From Myxococcota bacterium (lineage in GTDB: Bacteria; Myxococcota_C; UBA6777): a stretch of 64,000 bases of DNA. The DNA is taken from NCBI GenBank assembly GCA_023150835.1, contig JAKLKB010000017.1, positions 62,001-126,000 of the forward strand. The letters run 5' to 3'. Below, one piece after another: positions 35,803 through 45,409 of the stretch (within the stretch, counting starts at the first letter, position 1; the number at the start of each line of letters is the position of its first letter). Made by a program: the position numbers and the translations under genes. The notes below the pieces were generated by a model. That model searched no databases. It saw only the letters and a program-made list of their open reading frames with translations, and was not told where the DNA came from.

Positions 35803-38193
35803 GTGCGGAGGCTGCGAAAGGTTGGGAGTTTGCTGCTTTTGACTTGGTGGCTCACCTTGTTGGGCAGTGCGCAGACGCAGCATCCATCAAAGCCGATATG
35901 TCGGGCGATCCGATGTCCGTTGCCTTCTTGCTGTGTCTGGCGTTGTCTCGCAAACAAGCACTCGCTTACAAACAAAAACGACGCATTTGGCAAAAACCCC
36001 CGTGTTCTCGGCGGTTCAAGCGACAGAGTCATCTATTTGAAAAACGATGCCCTCTTCGCCGATACGGGGTCAAGGGGCCATCGGTCCCTTGTGGGGTGTG
36101 GGGTGAAACCCCACAAAACAAATCCAACAAATCACTCTTGTACAAAAAAAACCAAGTCGACGGCAAGAAAAAACCCGAAGTCTTCCTCGGAAGAAGAAGA
36201 GATCGTGGTGCGTGGGCAGCGGGAGCGTGCGCGGATCGAGTCGGAAGAAGCAACGGGTTTTGTGCAGATATTAGGGCGCAAGGAAGCCTTGCAAGGGGCG
36301 CGGACGTTGGGGGAGATCCTGCGAGAGTCAGCGGGGGTGCAGATCCGTTCGTTGGGATCGTGGGGGGCGTTGACACAGGCGTCGATTCGGGGATCCACAC
36401 CGGGGCAAGTCCAAGTTTTTTTGGATGGCGTCTTGTTGAATCACGGCAGCATGGGGGGGGTGGATCTGGGCGATCTTCCGTTGGGTGGATTGGAGCGGAT
36501 CGAGGTGTATCGGGGATTTGTGCCTGCGAGTCTTGGTGGAGCGATGGGCGGGGCGATCCATCTGGTGACGCGGGAAGGTGGGCGTTTGTTGCGTTGGGGG
36601 ATGGGAGCGACCTTGGGTTCTTTTGCGAGTGCGAAGGTGCAGGCGCATTACCAACACGGTGTAGGGGCGTGGCGTTGGGGCCTTTTTGCAAACTATCTTC
36701 ACAGCGGCGGGGCTTTTTCTTATTACGACGATCGAGGAACGCCCTTGCACACGGGCGATGATCAGAGCGAGGCGTTGCGACAAAACAACGATACGCATCT
36801 TGCCCAAGTGATCGGGCGCATGGGCGGTCGTTGGGGAAAAGTCAATCTGGATATCAGCCACTTGCTGGCATGGCGAGAACAGGGCATTCCGGGCCTCGGG
36901 CAGTTTCGGTCGTTGGAGGCCCGTTATGGAAGCCTTCGGAATGCGGGGCAGTTGCGCGTCCAAGCGCAGCAGATCCCGTGGTCACAAACCCGTATGGAGG
37001 GCCAGATCCAGTGGTTGCAACAAAGTGAGGTCTTTCGCGATCCGCTCGGTGAGATCGGTGTCGGGCGGCGGATCATCGAAAGTGGCCGAGATAGCCTTGG
37101 TGGGACGGCGCTTTTGGAATGGTGGATCACGCCACATCATCGGGTGCAATGGCCGTTATGGATGCGATGGGAGCAAGCGACAGCGGTGGATCAGATGGCG
37201 GGTGGACGGGCTTTGGCGGGCGGCCAGCGGGTGCATGGCTGGTCTGCGTTGGCGTATCAGGGCCAGATGGCGGGGGAGTGGGTGACATGGCAAGCGGCGA
37301 TGCGATTGGAAGGGGCCTATACATCGCCTTCTGTGCAGACGGTGGGGGCAGAAGAGGTCTTGCGGTGGTATCCGACGGGCCGTGTGGGGGTGCAGATCTG
37401 GCCGTGGCGTCCGTTGCGGATCAAGGCCAACGTCGGGCGTTATCTGCGCCTTCCTGATTTTTCAGAGATGTTTGGGGATCGCGGCGCAACGATGGGAAAC
37501 CCCGCACTTCGGCCCGAACAAGGTTGGCAATGGGATATCGGCCTACAATGGCGGATGCACGCGCCGTCGGCGGTGTTGCGGCGCTTGGAGATCGAAGCGG
37601 TGTTCTTTGGTAGCGCAGCCCAAGATCTGATCCGTTGGCTGCAAAACTCTCAACGCACGCTTGTTGCGGCGAACATCGATCAGGCCCTCACGATGGGCAT
37701 GGAAGCACGGTTGTTGTTGGAGATCTCGTCTTGGCTTCGTGTCGAAGGGGCGTTCACGTTGTTGGATGCCCGCAATCTTTCGATCGCGGCTTTTGAGCAA
37801 GGCCGCCAACTACCCGGGCGACCGCGTTATGATGCCTTTGTCCAAGCGACGTTGCAGCGATCATGGGGGCGTTTGTTTTATCGCTATCATTTTCTCGGTG
37901 AAAACTGGTTGGATCGTGCCAACCTTCATGCCCTAGGGAGCCGTCATCTGCACGGCCTTGGGGCGGTGCTTTACCCGGCGCGTTTGGCGCGGAAGTGGGG
38001 AATCGATGTGCCTTGGGAGGGCCTGCGTGTGCATCTCGATATCAGCAATCTGCTCGATCAACGGATGACATGGGTGGATCTGCAACCACCGTTGCCGAAC
38101 CGCACTCAAACCCCCCAAGCCATCGCCGATATCGGCGGCTACCCTCTGCCGGGGCGAGCGTTCTTTTTGTCGGTACATTGGGAGTTTTTTTAA
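35803..38193 (+). CDS. TonB-dependent receptor, probable cobalamin transporter (BtuB-like)
   Basis: Signal peptide, TonB box EEIVVRG, plug (SIRGS..QVQVFLDGV, LERIEVYRG, GGAIHLVT), GNPALRPE, C-terminal YPLPGRAFFLSVHWEFF; under B12 riboswitch. Confidence 0.9.
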   Translation: MRRLRKVGSLLLLTWWLTLLGSAQTQHPSKPICRAIRCPLPSCCVWRCLANKHSLTNKNDAFGKNPRVLGGSSDRVIYLKNDALFADTGSRGHRSLVGCGVKPHKTNPTNHSCTKKTKSTARKNPKSSSEEEEIVVRGQRERARIESEEATGFVQILGRKEALQGARTLGEILRESAGVQIRSLGSWGALTQASIRGSTPGQVQVFLDGVLLNHGSMGGVDLGDLPLGGLERIEVYRGFVPASLGGAMGGAIHLVTREGGRLLRWGMGATLGSFASAKVQAHYQHGVGAWRWGLFANYLHSGGAFSYYDDRGTPLHTGDDQSEALRQNNDTHLAQVIGRMGGRWGKVNLDISHLLAWREQGIPGLGQFRSLEARYGSLRNAGQLRVQAQQIPWSQTRMEGQIQWLQQSEVFRDPLGEIGVGRRIIESGRDSLGGTALLEWWITPHHRVQWPLWMRWEQATAVDQMAGGRALAGGQRVHGWSALAYQGQMAGEWVTWQAAMRLEGAYTSPSVQTVGAEEVLRWYPTGRVGVQIWPWRPLRIKANVGRYLRLPDFSEMFGDRGATMGNPALRPEQGWQWDIGLQWRMHAPSAVLRRLEIEAVFFGSAAQDLIRWLQNSQRTLVAANIDQALTMGMEARLLLEISSWLRVEGAFTLLDARNLSIAAFEQGRQLPGRPRYDAFVQATLQRSWGRLFYRYHFLGENWLDRANLHALGSRHLHGLGAVLYPARLARKWGIDVPWEGLRVHLDISNLLDQRMTWVDLQPPLPNRTQTPQAIADIGGYPLPGRAFFLSVHWEFF
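35981..36120 (+). repeat. Family A element copy 2, in-frame inside the TonB receptor gene
   Basis: CCGTGTTCTCG..CAAGCGACAGAGTC..GATACGGGGTCAAGGGG..GTGGGGTGTGGGGTGAAACCCCACAAAA. Confidence 0.85.
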
Positions 38194-38220
38194 CAGGAAA
38201 CGACTTGCGCCGTTGGATGG

Positions 38221-38363
38221 TGTTTTGTGGGGCTTTGCCCCACGCCCCACAAGGGAGCGCGGCTCCCTTGAACCCCGCATCGGCGGGGCGAACAGAGGTT
38301 TTCAGACAAACAACTCTGCCGCTTGGGCCGTTGCAAATACGTCTTTTTTGAAAAATTGCGTAA
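38221..38363 (-). repeat. Family A element copy 3 (inverted)
   Basis: TTTTGTGGGGCTTTGCCCCACGCCCCACAAGGGAGCGCGGCTCCCTTGAACCCCG..ACTCTGCCGCTTG..TTGCGTAA. Confidence 0.8.
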
Positions 38364-38384
38364 GTCTTCACAGGAGTTTATCAG

Positions 38385-39758
38385 ATGAAAAATTGGATGA
38401 GTGGTCTGTTTTTGGTCTTGTTCTTGGCATCGAGTGCTTTGATGCAGGGCGGCTGCGATGGCAAGGCGAGCGAGAACGTTGTGGAAAAGGTAACAAGCGA
38501 CGGGAGCGAAGCATCGCCTGAAGGTACGATGCCCGAAGGCGTAAAAGAAGAAGTCGCGCAAGAAGCCACCTCAGAACAAGAAGCTATTGTGGAGAAAATG
38601 CCTGAACGAAGTGAAGATATCCCCGAAGCCAAGCCTGAGACACAGGCGACAAATACGCTGGCTTTTGTGATCTCTTCCGACTATGTCAGCGGTCAGTTGG
38701 GGATCTTGGATGTCCATAAGCGAACATGGATACGCCAAGATGCTGCGGTGCTTTCGGGCGATGCGGTGATGCGGGTGTGGGGGGACTTGTTGTTTGTGTT
38801 GAATCGCTACAACGATCCGCAAAAAGAAGACGTGGTGCTTGTCTTTAACACAAAGACATTGCTCGAAGTGGGCCGATACAACGTGGGAGCCAAGAGCAAC
38901 CCCCAAGATATCGCAGTGATCAACGATCAAAAAGCGTACATCAGCTTGTACGAGCGGCCTCATGTCTTGATCGTGCATCCCACAACAGGCGAAGAGAAGG
39001 GAAAGATCGATCTGTCAACGCTTGTCGAAGCTTCCAAAAAGACATGCACGAAAGGCGACGATTGCAAGGACGCTTTTGGAAACGGCTCGGCGACTTGCAA
39101 CGCAGGAACTTGTGCAGCGGACGGATTACCCGAAGCCACAAAGATGTTGTTGTTTCAAGAAAAAGTCTATATTCTTGTGCAAGGTCTTGATCGCAATGAT
39201 GGTTTTGTTCCACTCAAAAGCGTCTTGGCTGCGATCGATGCCAAAAATGACACGCTGCTTGCGCAGCCTCTTACGATGAAAGGCGGCAATCCAACGGCTT
39301 TTGTGGACGATGCGCAAGGCAACTGGCTGATCGTCCAAAATGGCAACGCCTTTGATCCCAAAGATGGCGGAGTGGAGCGGTTTGATCTGAACCAAGGCAA
39401 ACTCGCGGGCAGTTTCTTGATCACCGAAGAGAAGCTGGGAGGGAGTTTGCCACAAAATGGAGCGATGGTGGTGATCTCGCCGACGTTGGGATATGTTCTG
39501 GTGTCGGATGCTTCGTTTAAACAGAGTCTTGTAAGTTTTAACCCGACCACAGGAAGCAAAGAAAAGGATCTGATCGTCGGGGCGGAGCTTGGGGAGCTTG
39601 CGATGCACGAAGGGCAGCTCTTGCTTGCAGACCGTAGCAAGGGGGCTTTTGGCGTTCGTGTCTTGGAGGCAGCAAGCGGAACGGCTGTCACGCAAGATCC
39701 GATCTCCACAGGCAAACTGCCTCCTGCTCAGATCGTGATCGTCAAGCGCGCAAACTGA
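38385..39758 (+). CDS. Beta-propeller surface lipoprotein (YncE/BtuG-like), paralogue 1
   Basis: AGGAG RBS, lipobox MQGGC, acidic linker, SNPQDIAVINDQKAYISLY blades, Cys-rich insert. Confidence 0.82.
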   Translation: MKNWMSGLFLVLFLASSALMQGGCDGKASENVVEKVTSDGSEASPEGTMPEGVKEEVAQEATSEQEAIVEKMPERSEDIPEAKPETQATNTLAFVISSDYVSGQLGILDVHKRTWIRQDAAVLSGDAVMRVWGDLLFVLNRYNDPQKEDVVLVFNTKTLLEVGRYNVGAKSNPQDIAVINDQKAYISLYERPHVLIVHPTTGEEKGKIDLSTLVEASKKTCTKGDDCKDAFGNGSATCNAGTCAADGLPEATKMLLFQEKVYILVQGLDRNDGFVPLKSVLAAIDAKNDTLLAQPLTMKGGNPTAFVDDAQGNWLIVQNGNAFDPKDGGVERFDLNQGKLAGSFLITEEKLGGSLPQNGAMVVISPTLGYVLVSDASFKQSLVSFNPTTGSKEKDLIVGAELGELAMHEGQLLLADRSKGAFGVRVLEAASGTAVTQDPISTGKLPPAQIVIVKRAN

Positions 39759-39773
39759 GCCTCTCAGATCTCG

Positions 39774-39942
39774 TAGGAGTGACGCAGTTGGGCGGATGTG
39801 GTGGGGTTTCACCCCACACCCCACAAGGGAGCGCGGCTCGATGGACCCCGTATTGGCGAGGTGAGCGCAGGTTTTTCAAAACAACGACTCTGTCGCTTGG
39901 GCGTTCGCGAACACGGCTTTTTTGGCAACTGCGCCACTCCTA
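39774..39942 (-). repeat. Family A element copy 4 (inverted) with clear terminal inverted repeats
   Basis: Core 39801-39933; ends TAGGAGTGACGCAGTTG / CAACTGCGCCACTCCTA. Confidence 0.85.
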
Positions 39943-39978
39943 TCTCATTGAACTCCTGCGGGAGTGGAGTGATCGCCG

Positions 39979-41196
39979 ATGCGTGTGTTCGGGCGTTGGG
40001 TTGTGTGGTGTGTGTGCGGTTGGCTCGGAGGGGTGGGGTGGATCGCATGCGTTCCACCGACGCTGCCGACAGATCGCCTTGCTGCGGGGGCTTTACAAAA
40101 CGGCGCATGGGCTGTGGTGATCGGGCGTTCCGAACAAAGCGGGGCATTTGGGGCGATCGACCTTGAGCGCCGAGTGGCCTACAAACTGGTCGGACCCGCT
40201 TCCAACGATGCGGTAGCGCGAGTGTGGGGGAACACGCTTTACATCATCAATCGCTACACACACGACAACATCCAAGCGATGGATCTCCGTGACATGCGCC
40301 TATTGACCCAATTTTCTGTCGGCGTAGGGGCCAATCCCCAAGACCTCGTTGTCGTGGGCAAAAAGGCGTATATCTCTTGCTTGGGTCGGGCTGCGCTGCA
40401 AGTCGTGGATGCCGCGTCGGGAAAGCTGCAAACACAGATCGATCTGTCGGCACTTTCCGAGGTGGGAAACAAGCCTTGTCAGGGAGATGCGGATTGTGGG
40501 GGTGTGCGTTGTCTTGGGGGGGCTTGTGCGCTGGACGATCTGCCTGAGTTGGGGCGGATGTTTTTGTACCAGCAACGTTGGCTGTATGTTCTTGTCCAAC
40601 GCCTTGACCAGCAACGTCAATTTTTGCCGACGACCCAAGGCTTGTTGGCCTTGATCGATACTGAAAACGATACGCTGGTGCAGAGCTTCCCGATGCAAGG
40701 GAGCAATCCGCTTTATCTATCCCCTTCGGTCGACGGAAAGCACCTGTATGTGGCCCAAGTCGGCCAATGGATGAATGAACAAGGAGCGCCAGCTTTGGAT
40801 GGTGTGTTGGAGCGCTTTTCTCTCGAAGAGCGGCGCTTTGACGCGGTGATCTTGCGAGAAGAGTCCTTGGGTGGAAACCTCGGATCCTTCGCCATGATCG
40901 ATGCGTCTTCGGGTGTCGTGATCCGAACGGGGGCTTCTTTTCGCACGGAACTTGTGCGTTTTGATGCCACACAAGGCAAAGTCGTTTCTCAGTGGGCCGC
41001 TTCGGAATGTACAGGGGGAGTCTCATGTTTTTCTTTTGTTCAGGTCGCGAAAACGCCCAAGGGTGGGGTGATCCTGTTGGATCGCTATGAAAAAAAGCCG
41101 GGAGTGCGCTTGTTTGATCCGACAGAGGGCCGAGAACAAACAGCGGCTCCCTTGGATATCGGCTTACCCCCCGAGTTTGTAGTCTTTGCACCGTAG
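39979..41196 (+). CDS. Beta-propeller surface lipoprotein (YncE/BtuG-like), paralogue 2
   Basis: Lipobox WIAC; aligns with the previous gene (LYIINRY, ANPQDLVVVGKKAYIS, IDLSAL, Cys-rich insert, LYVLVQRLD). Confidence 0.82.
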   Translation: MRVFGRWVVWCVCGWLGGVGWIACVPPTLPTDRLAAGALQNGAWAVVIGRSEQSGAFGAIDLERRVAYKLVGPASNDAVARVWGNTLYIINRYTHDNIQAMDLRDMRLLTQFSVGVGANPQDLVVVGKKAYISCLGRAALQVVDAASGKLQTQIDLSALSEVGNKPCQGDADCGGVRCLGGACALDDLPELGRMFLYQQRWLYVLVQRLDQQRQFLPTTQGLLALIDTENDTLVQSFPMQGSNPLYLSPSVDGKHLYVAQVGQWMNEQGAPALDGVLERFSLEERRFDAVILREESLGGNLGSFAMIDASSGVVIRTGASFRTELVRFDATQGKVVSQWAASECTGGVSCFSFVQVAKTPKGGVILLDRYEKKPGVRLFDPTEGREQTAAPLDIGLPPEFVVFAP

Positions 41197-41274
41197 AAGG
41201 TGAGCTTTGCGGTCGCTTCGTTGACCGCGTAGGGTAGGTGGTTTGACTTTGCACCGTAGAAGGCGAGCTTTGCG
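41183..41274 (+). repeat. 28 bp direct repeat flanking a small hairpin
   Basis: CTTTGCACCGTAGAAGG(T/C)GAGCTTTGCG at 41183 and 41247; GCGGTC..GACCGC hairpin between. Confidence 0.75.
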
Positions 41275-41330
41275 CAGTAGAAAGTTCTTTTTGGCCGATG
41301 AATCGGCGGTGAGATGGAGTGATTAGGTCG

Positions 41331-42209
41331 ATGAAAAACAAGGTGCAAGGCTTACAAGAACGGTGTTGGCATTCGATGATGCGGTGTTATAGACGATGGC
41401 CTCGGTGTTTCGGGCTTGTTGCTATCCTCGGTGTGTTGTGGGGTCTTGGTGGTGCGGCTTGCGTGGGTGGGGTCGCGCAAGAGTCGGTGGCTGGCGATGC
41501 TGCGGAGTGGGGGGCAGAAGCGGGGGCTGAGCAACAGGCATGGAAAGCGAAAGAGCTGACTGCATGGGAAGGAAGCGATCTGGATGCGGGGATTCCCGAG
41601 GGTTATGTGTGGGGAGAAGCAGGCGGGGGATTTGCGCAAGGAGTCGTGTCTTTTTCTCCAACGGGCGGCGTTTCTTATGGACAAGAAGACTTTCCAAACA
41701 AGCTCCTCGGTCCTCCCCAAGGATCGGGCCTAGGAAAGGGATCGTTGGATGTGGTGTCACTGGGGTGCGGTGGGGAGATCATCTTGGAGTTTTCAGACCC
41801 GATGATCGGGGATGGTCCGGGTCCAGACTTTATCGTTTTTGAAAATGCGTTTTCTCCGAATGGAGTGGGGAGTTTTGCGGAACCAGCGGAGGTCTCGGTG
41901 AGCGTGGACGGCAAGAACTGGCGGGTGTTTCCGTGTGATCCGCAGTCGGCCTCTTGGCCGTATGCGCAATGTGCGGGTGTCCGTCCTGTGTTTTCGTCGC
42001 CCGAGAACAGGATATCGCCCTATGATCCGCAAGTTTCAGGAGGAGATGTGTATGATCTGCGTGATCTGGGGGTTTCGGTGGCGCGTTTTGTGCGGATACG
42101 CGACCGCAGTCGGGCGTTGCCTGACGCTGCGCGTTGGTGTCAAGCGCATAACGCTGGATTTGACTTGGACGCGATATCGGTGATCTGGCCCTACAGGCCG
42201 AAGCCGTAG
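41331..42209 (+). CDS. Cell-surface lipoprotein, putative cobalamin-binding domain
   Basis: Lipobox GAAC; VVSLGCGGEIILEF..GDGPGPDFIVFENAF..AEVSVS.DG..GFDLDAI motif set; last gene of the B12 cluster; start uncertain. Confidence 0.75.
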   Translation: MKNKVQGLQERCWHSMMRCYRRWPRCFGLVAILGVLWGLGGAACVGGVAQESVAGDAAEWGAEAGAEQQAWKAKELTAWEGSDLDAGIPEGYVWGEAGGGFAQGVVSFSPTGGVSYGQEDFPNKLLGPPQGSGLGKGSLDVVSLGCGGEIILEFSDPMIGDGPGPDFIVFENAFSPNGVGSFAEPAEVSVSVDGKNWRVFPCDPQSASWPYAQCAGVRPVFSSPENRISPYDPQVSGGDVYDLRDLGVSVARFVRIRDRSRALPDAARWCQAHNAGFDLDAISVIWPYRPKP

Positions 42210-42253
42210 CGATGTTCAACCGACCGAGACGCGCAACTCCGATGAGAAATAGG

Positions 42254-45136
42254 CTAAGGTCTGCGCTGTTGGGATTTGATCAGGAAGCGGATGCGTTGTG
42301 CGGCGCGTTCGGCGGCGGCTTGGATGCTGGGGTCGGGATCTTCGCGAAGCCGTTCAAATTGCGGGAGGTACGTTGCAGCACGCGGTCCAAAGGAGCTAAT
42401 TGCGTACATCACAGCGATACGGACGCGTGTGTCTGTGTCCTCAAGTCCTTTTTTGAGCGTGAGCAGGACGGCGGGGTAGCGTTGCTCGCCGAGGGCTTCT
42501 GCTGCGGCTTGGCGTGCGCGCCACCAATCGTTTTCAAGCAACGTTTTTTTGAGAAGTGCGCGGGCGCTTTTGGTTGGGATGCGGCGGACGGCGCGCAAGG
42601 CCGCGTCTCGAACGTCTGTGCTGCCGTCTGAAAGGGCGGTGGTCAGGGCTTTGAGGGTCAAGGCGTCTTTGGGGGCGAGTGCTCGGATGGCGTTGGCCAT
42701 GAGGGTGCGGATCGTTGGGGTCGGGTGTTGTATCAGATAATATCGGAGTTCATCGAGTGATTTTTCACCCATTTGACCGAGAGCTTTGGCGGAGGCTTCT
42801 TGCATTAGAGGTGTGTTGTCTTGAAGTCCTTGTTTGAGTGCGGGGATGGCGTCTTTCGCGGCTTGTTCGCCGATCGCTCCAAGGGCTTGTGCGACAGCGA
42901 CACGGACGCGCTCATCGTCGTCTTTGATGCGCTGGCTGAGAGCGGCGGTGGCTGGTAGCGCGGCAGGGCCGATGTAAAGAAGGGCTTCTGCGGCAGCGAG
43001 GCGAACACGCGCATCCTCGGAGGCGAGCGCTTGCGTGAGAGCGGGCACGGCGGGGGTGGCTTTGCGCTTGAGTCGCCCGATCTCGACAGCGGCGATCCAG
43101 CGAAGCGATGGGAATCTTTCTTGTGCGAGGGCTTCGATCAACGAAGGAAGCGCACGTACGCCAAGTCGCCCCATTTGCTTGACAGCGACTTCACGAACTT
43201 GCTCGTTTTCGTCATCAAACATCGGTCGGATCAGTTGGATCGCGTTCGCTGGTTTAAGCTTGACAAGAAAACGGATGGAACGTGCGCGAATAAACCACCA
43301 CTCATTTTTCATACCAAAACGAAGTGTCCCTAAAGAATCTTTCCCTAGCTCTCCAACGGCGTTGATCGAGGCCTCTCTGACGCGGCGGTCGGCGTCTGTG
43401 AGCCCTTTTTGGAGAGCTTTTTGGGAGGCGCGCCCTCCGCGTTTCCATCGGCCCAAGGCACTTGCTGCGAGATAGCGGACCCGCCAAAAGGGATGCTCGG
43501 CAAGAGCCTGACGCAGGATCTTGGCACCCGGGCCGCCGATCTCGGCCAAAGCGCGGACAGCAGCGAGTTGAACGGCAACTTCGTTGTCGCGCAAGGCCTC
43601 TCCGAGTTCTTTGGCGGCGGGGGCGGAGGCTGCGCCTTGTGCGCTAAGTCCGAGCAACAAGATCCTGCGGAGGTTTGGATCTTTGCTGCGCTGGAGGGCG
43701 CGCTGAAGGTAAAAAACAGCGGAGGGGCCGTGTTTTCCGAGATTTCTAGCTGCTGCGGCTCCGACTTCGATGGAGGTGTCTTGTGTGGCACGTTCGAGGC
43801 TTTGGAGGACACGTTTTGGGGTGGGCTGGGGGGTGGGCCATAGCGCGGCGGAGGCGATCTGTCGGATGCGCCACCAAGGATGTTGTGTGGCTTGTTGTGC
43901 GAGGTGAGAGAGGGCGTAGGGGTGCATGGCTGCGAGAGCGAGGGCTGCGTTTTCTTGGACGCTGCGGTTGGAATCTTTGAGAGCGCGAACAAGGGCGGGG
44001 ATCGCAGAACGGGCTTCAGGGCCGATCTGTGCGAGTCCTTGGGCGGCATACCAACGCGCACGCCACCAAGTATTTTGTTGGAGGGTTTGGGTCAGCGGAG
44101 GGATCGCAGGAGGCCCCATCTTTCCCATCGCGACAAGAGCGGCTTGTTGGACTGTTTTGTCTGGATCGCGCAGCGAGTCGATGAGTGTGGGAAGTGCTTC
44201 GGTGGCGGCCTTGGGACCGATGGATCCGAGCGAACGCGCAGCGATACGGCGCTCTTGGGGCGTTTCACCAAACTTGAGCAAGCGCAACAAGCCCGGGGTG
44301 GCTTTGGGGCCGATCTGCGCGAGAGCAAGGGCGGCGGCTTGGCGAACGATGGGATCTTCGTCGCGTGCGGCGCGAGTGAGTTCGGGGACGGCAGAGGCGG
44401 CTTGCGCTCCCATGCGGTGGAGGGCTTTGGCGGAGGCCAGTCGCAAAGAGGCCGATGGTTCGGCGATTAGTGTTTTTCGCAACAAAGGTGCGGCGTTGGG
44501 TCCCATCTCTCCGAGCGCTTCGATTACAGCGATTCGGACACGCATATCACGTTCTTTTTCGAGGGCGTCTTTCATCACAGGCAACGCCCGAAGACTGGTG
44601 ACTGCGCCCAATTGGCCGATAGAACGGGCGGCCTGCCACCGCATCTGCCACCAACTGTTTTGATCCAAGATCCCCATATAGGCCGACAAGCTTTCTTGCC
44701 CAAAGGGTTGCAATGCCTCCATTGCAGCCGCACGCACGCGGTGTTCTGGATCGCGTGTGGCGCTCTGCAACAGCGGGATCATCTCTTGGGGGGGACCAAA
44801 TCGCGTGATCAGTAAAAGTGAAAAACGCCGCATCTGCCAGTCTTTGGAGCGCATCGCTTTTTCGAGCAGAGGGTAGGTCGTGATCGCTTGGGCTCCCACT
44901 TCTGCAAGGCGCTCTTGCGCTTTGGCTTTTAATTCGCTGTCTTGCCCACGATAATCCGCAAGCAGCCGTTTCATTCCTGAAGGCAGACCTTCCATCGACG
45001 CCGAATACAGGCCATCTTCTGCGCAAACTTGCGATGTAAGACCAAACCAGATCCCCGCGCACCACAAGATGCGCCACACACACCATCCCGCATGACCGAG
45101 GTATTCTGAACAATTGGAGCCACTTCGCTTCTCCAT
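42254..45136 (-). CDS. Large HEAT-repeat protein with N-terminal signal peptide
   Basis: More than 20 HEAT units (e.g. WWRARWYAAQGLAQIGPEA..AIPAL..AL.D); signal-like WRILWCAGIWFGLTSQVCA. Confidence 0.88.
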   Translation of the reverse strand: MEKRSGSNCSEYLGHAGWCVWRILWCAGIWFGLTSQVCAEDGLYSASMEGLPSGMKRLLADYRGQDSELKAKAQERLAEVGAQAITTYPLLEKAMRSKDWQMRRFSLLLITRFGPPQEMIPLLQSATRDPEHRVRAAAMEALQPFGQESLSAYMGILDQNSWWQMRWQAARSIGQLGAVTSLRALPVMKDALEKERDMRVRIAVIEALGEMGPNAAPLLRKTLIAEPSASLRLASAKALHRMGAQAASAVPELTRAARDEDPIVRQAAALALAQIGPKATPGLLRLLKFGETPQERRIAARSLGSIGPKAATEALPTLIDSLRDPDKTVQQAALVAMGKMGPPAIPPLTQTLQQNTWWRARWYAAQGLAQIGPEARSAIPALVRALKDSNRSVQENAALALAAMHPYALSHLAQQATQHPWWRIRQIASAALWPTPQPTPKRVLQSLERATQDTSIEVGAAAARNLGKHGPSAVFYLQRALQRSKDPNLRRILLLGLSAQGAASAPAAKELGEALRDNEVAVQLAAVRALAEIGGPGAKILRQALAEHPFWRVRYLAASALGRWKRGGRASQKALQKGLTDADRRVREASINAVGELGKDSLGTLRFGMKNEWWFIRARSIRFLVKLKPANAIQLIRPMFDDENEQVREVAVKQMGRLGVRALPSLIEALAQERFPSLRWIAAVEIGRLKRKATPAVPALTQALASEDARVRLAAAEALLYIGPAALPATAALSQRIKDDDERVRVAVAQALGAIGEQAAKDAIPALKQGLQDNTPLMQEASAKALGQMGEKSLDELRYYLIQHPTPTIRTLMANAIRALAPKDALTLKALTTALSDGSTDVRDAALRAVRRIPTKSARALLKKTLLENDWWRARQAAAEALGEQRYPAVLLTLKKGLEDTDTRVRIAVMYAISSFGPRAATYLPQFERLREDPDPSIQAAAERAAQRIRFLIKSQQRRP

Positions 45137-45409
45137 GATATCTCTATCCTTTTTTTGATCGGCTGGAACATCTTTGTGGGTTTGATCGGCTGGAACATTT
45201 TTGAGGGCGGTGGGGGTTTGTGCAGAGCGCAGGGGGCGGTGTGGTGCGCTGCGCTGGGTTTCTCTTGTTGCGTGCTCGGTCGTTGCCTCTTCTTTTTTTG
45301 CGTTTTTTACTGAACAAAGTATCAATCTCCCTTTTTTGGAGGAGGTTGGCTACACTGCGCAGCCCAACGCAGGTTGTTGTGTTTGTCTTGTCGTGTGGAG
45401 GAGTTTTGC

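Noticed and set aside
35757-36761. 334 aa ORF starting right after the riboswitch
   Set aside because: Alternative frame overlapping the TonB receptor, with no recognisable features.
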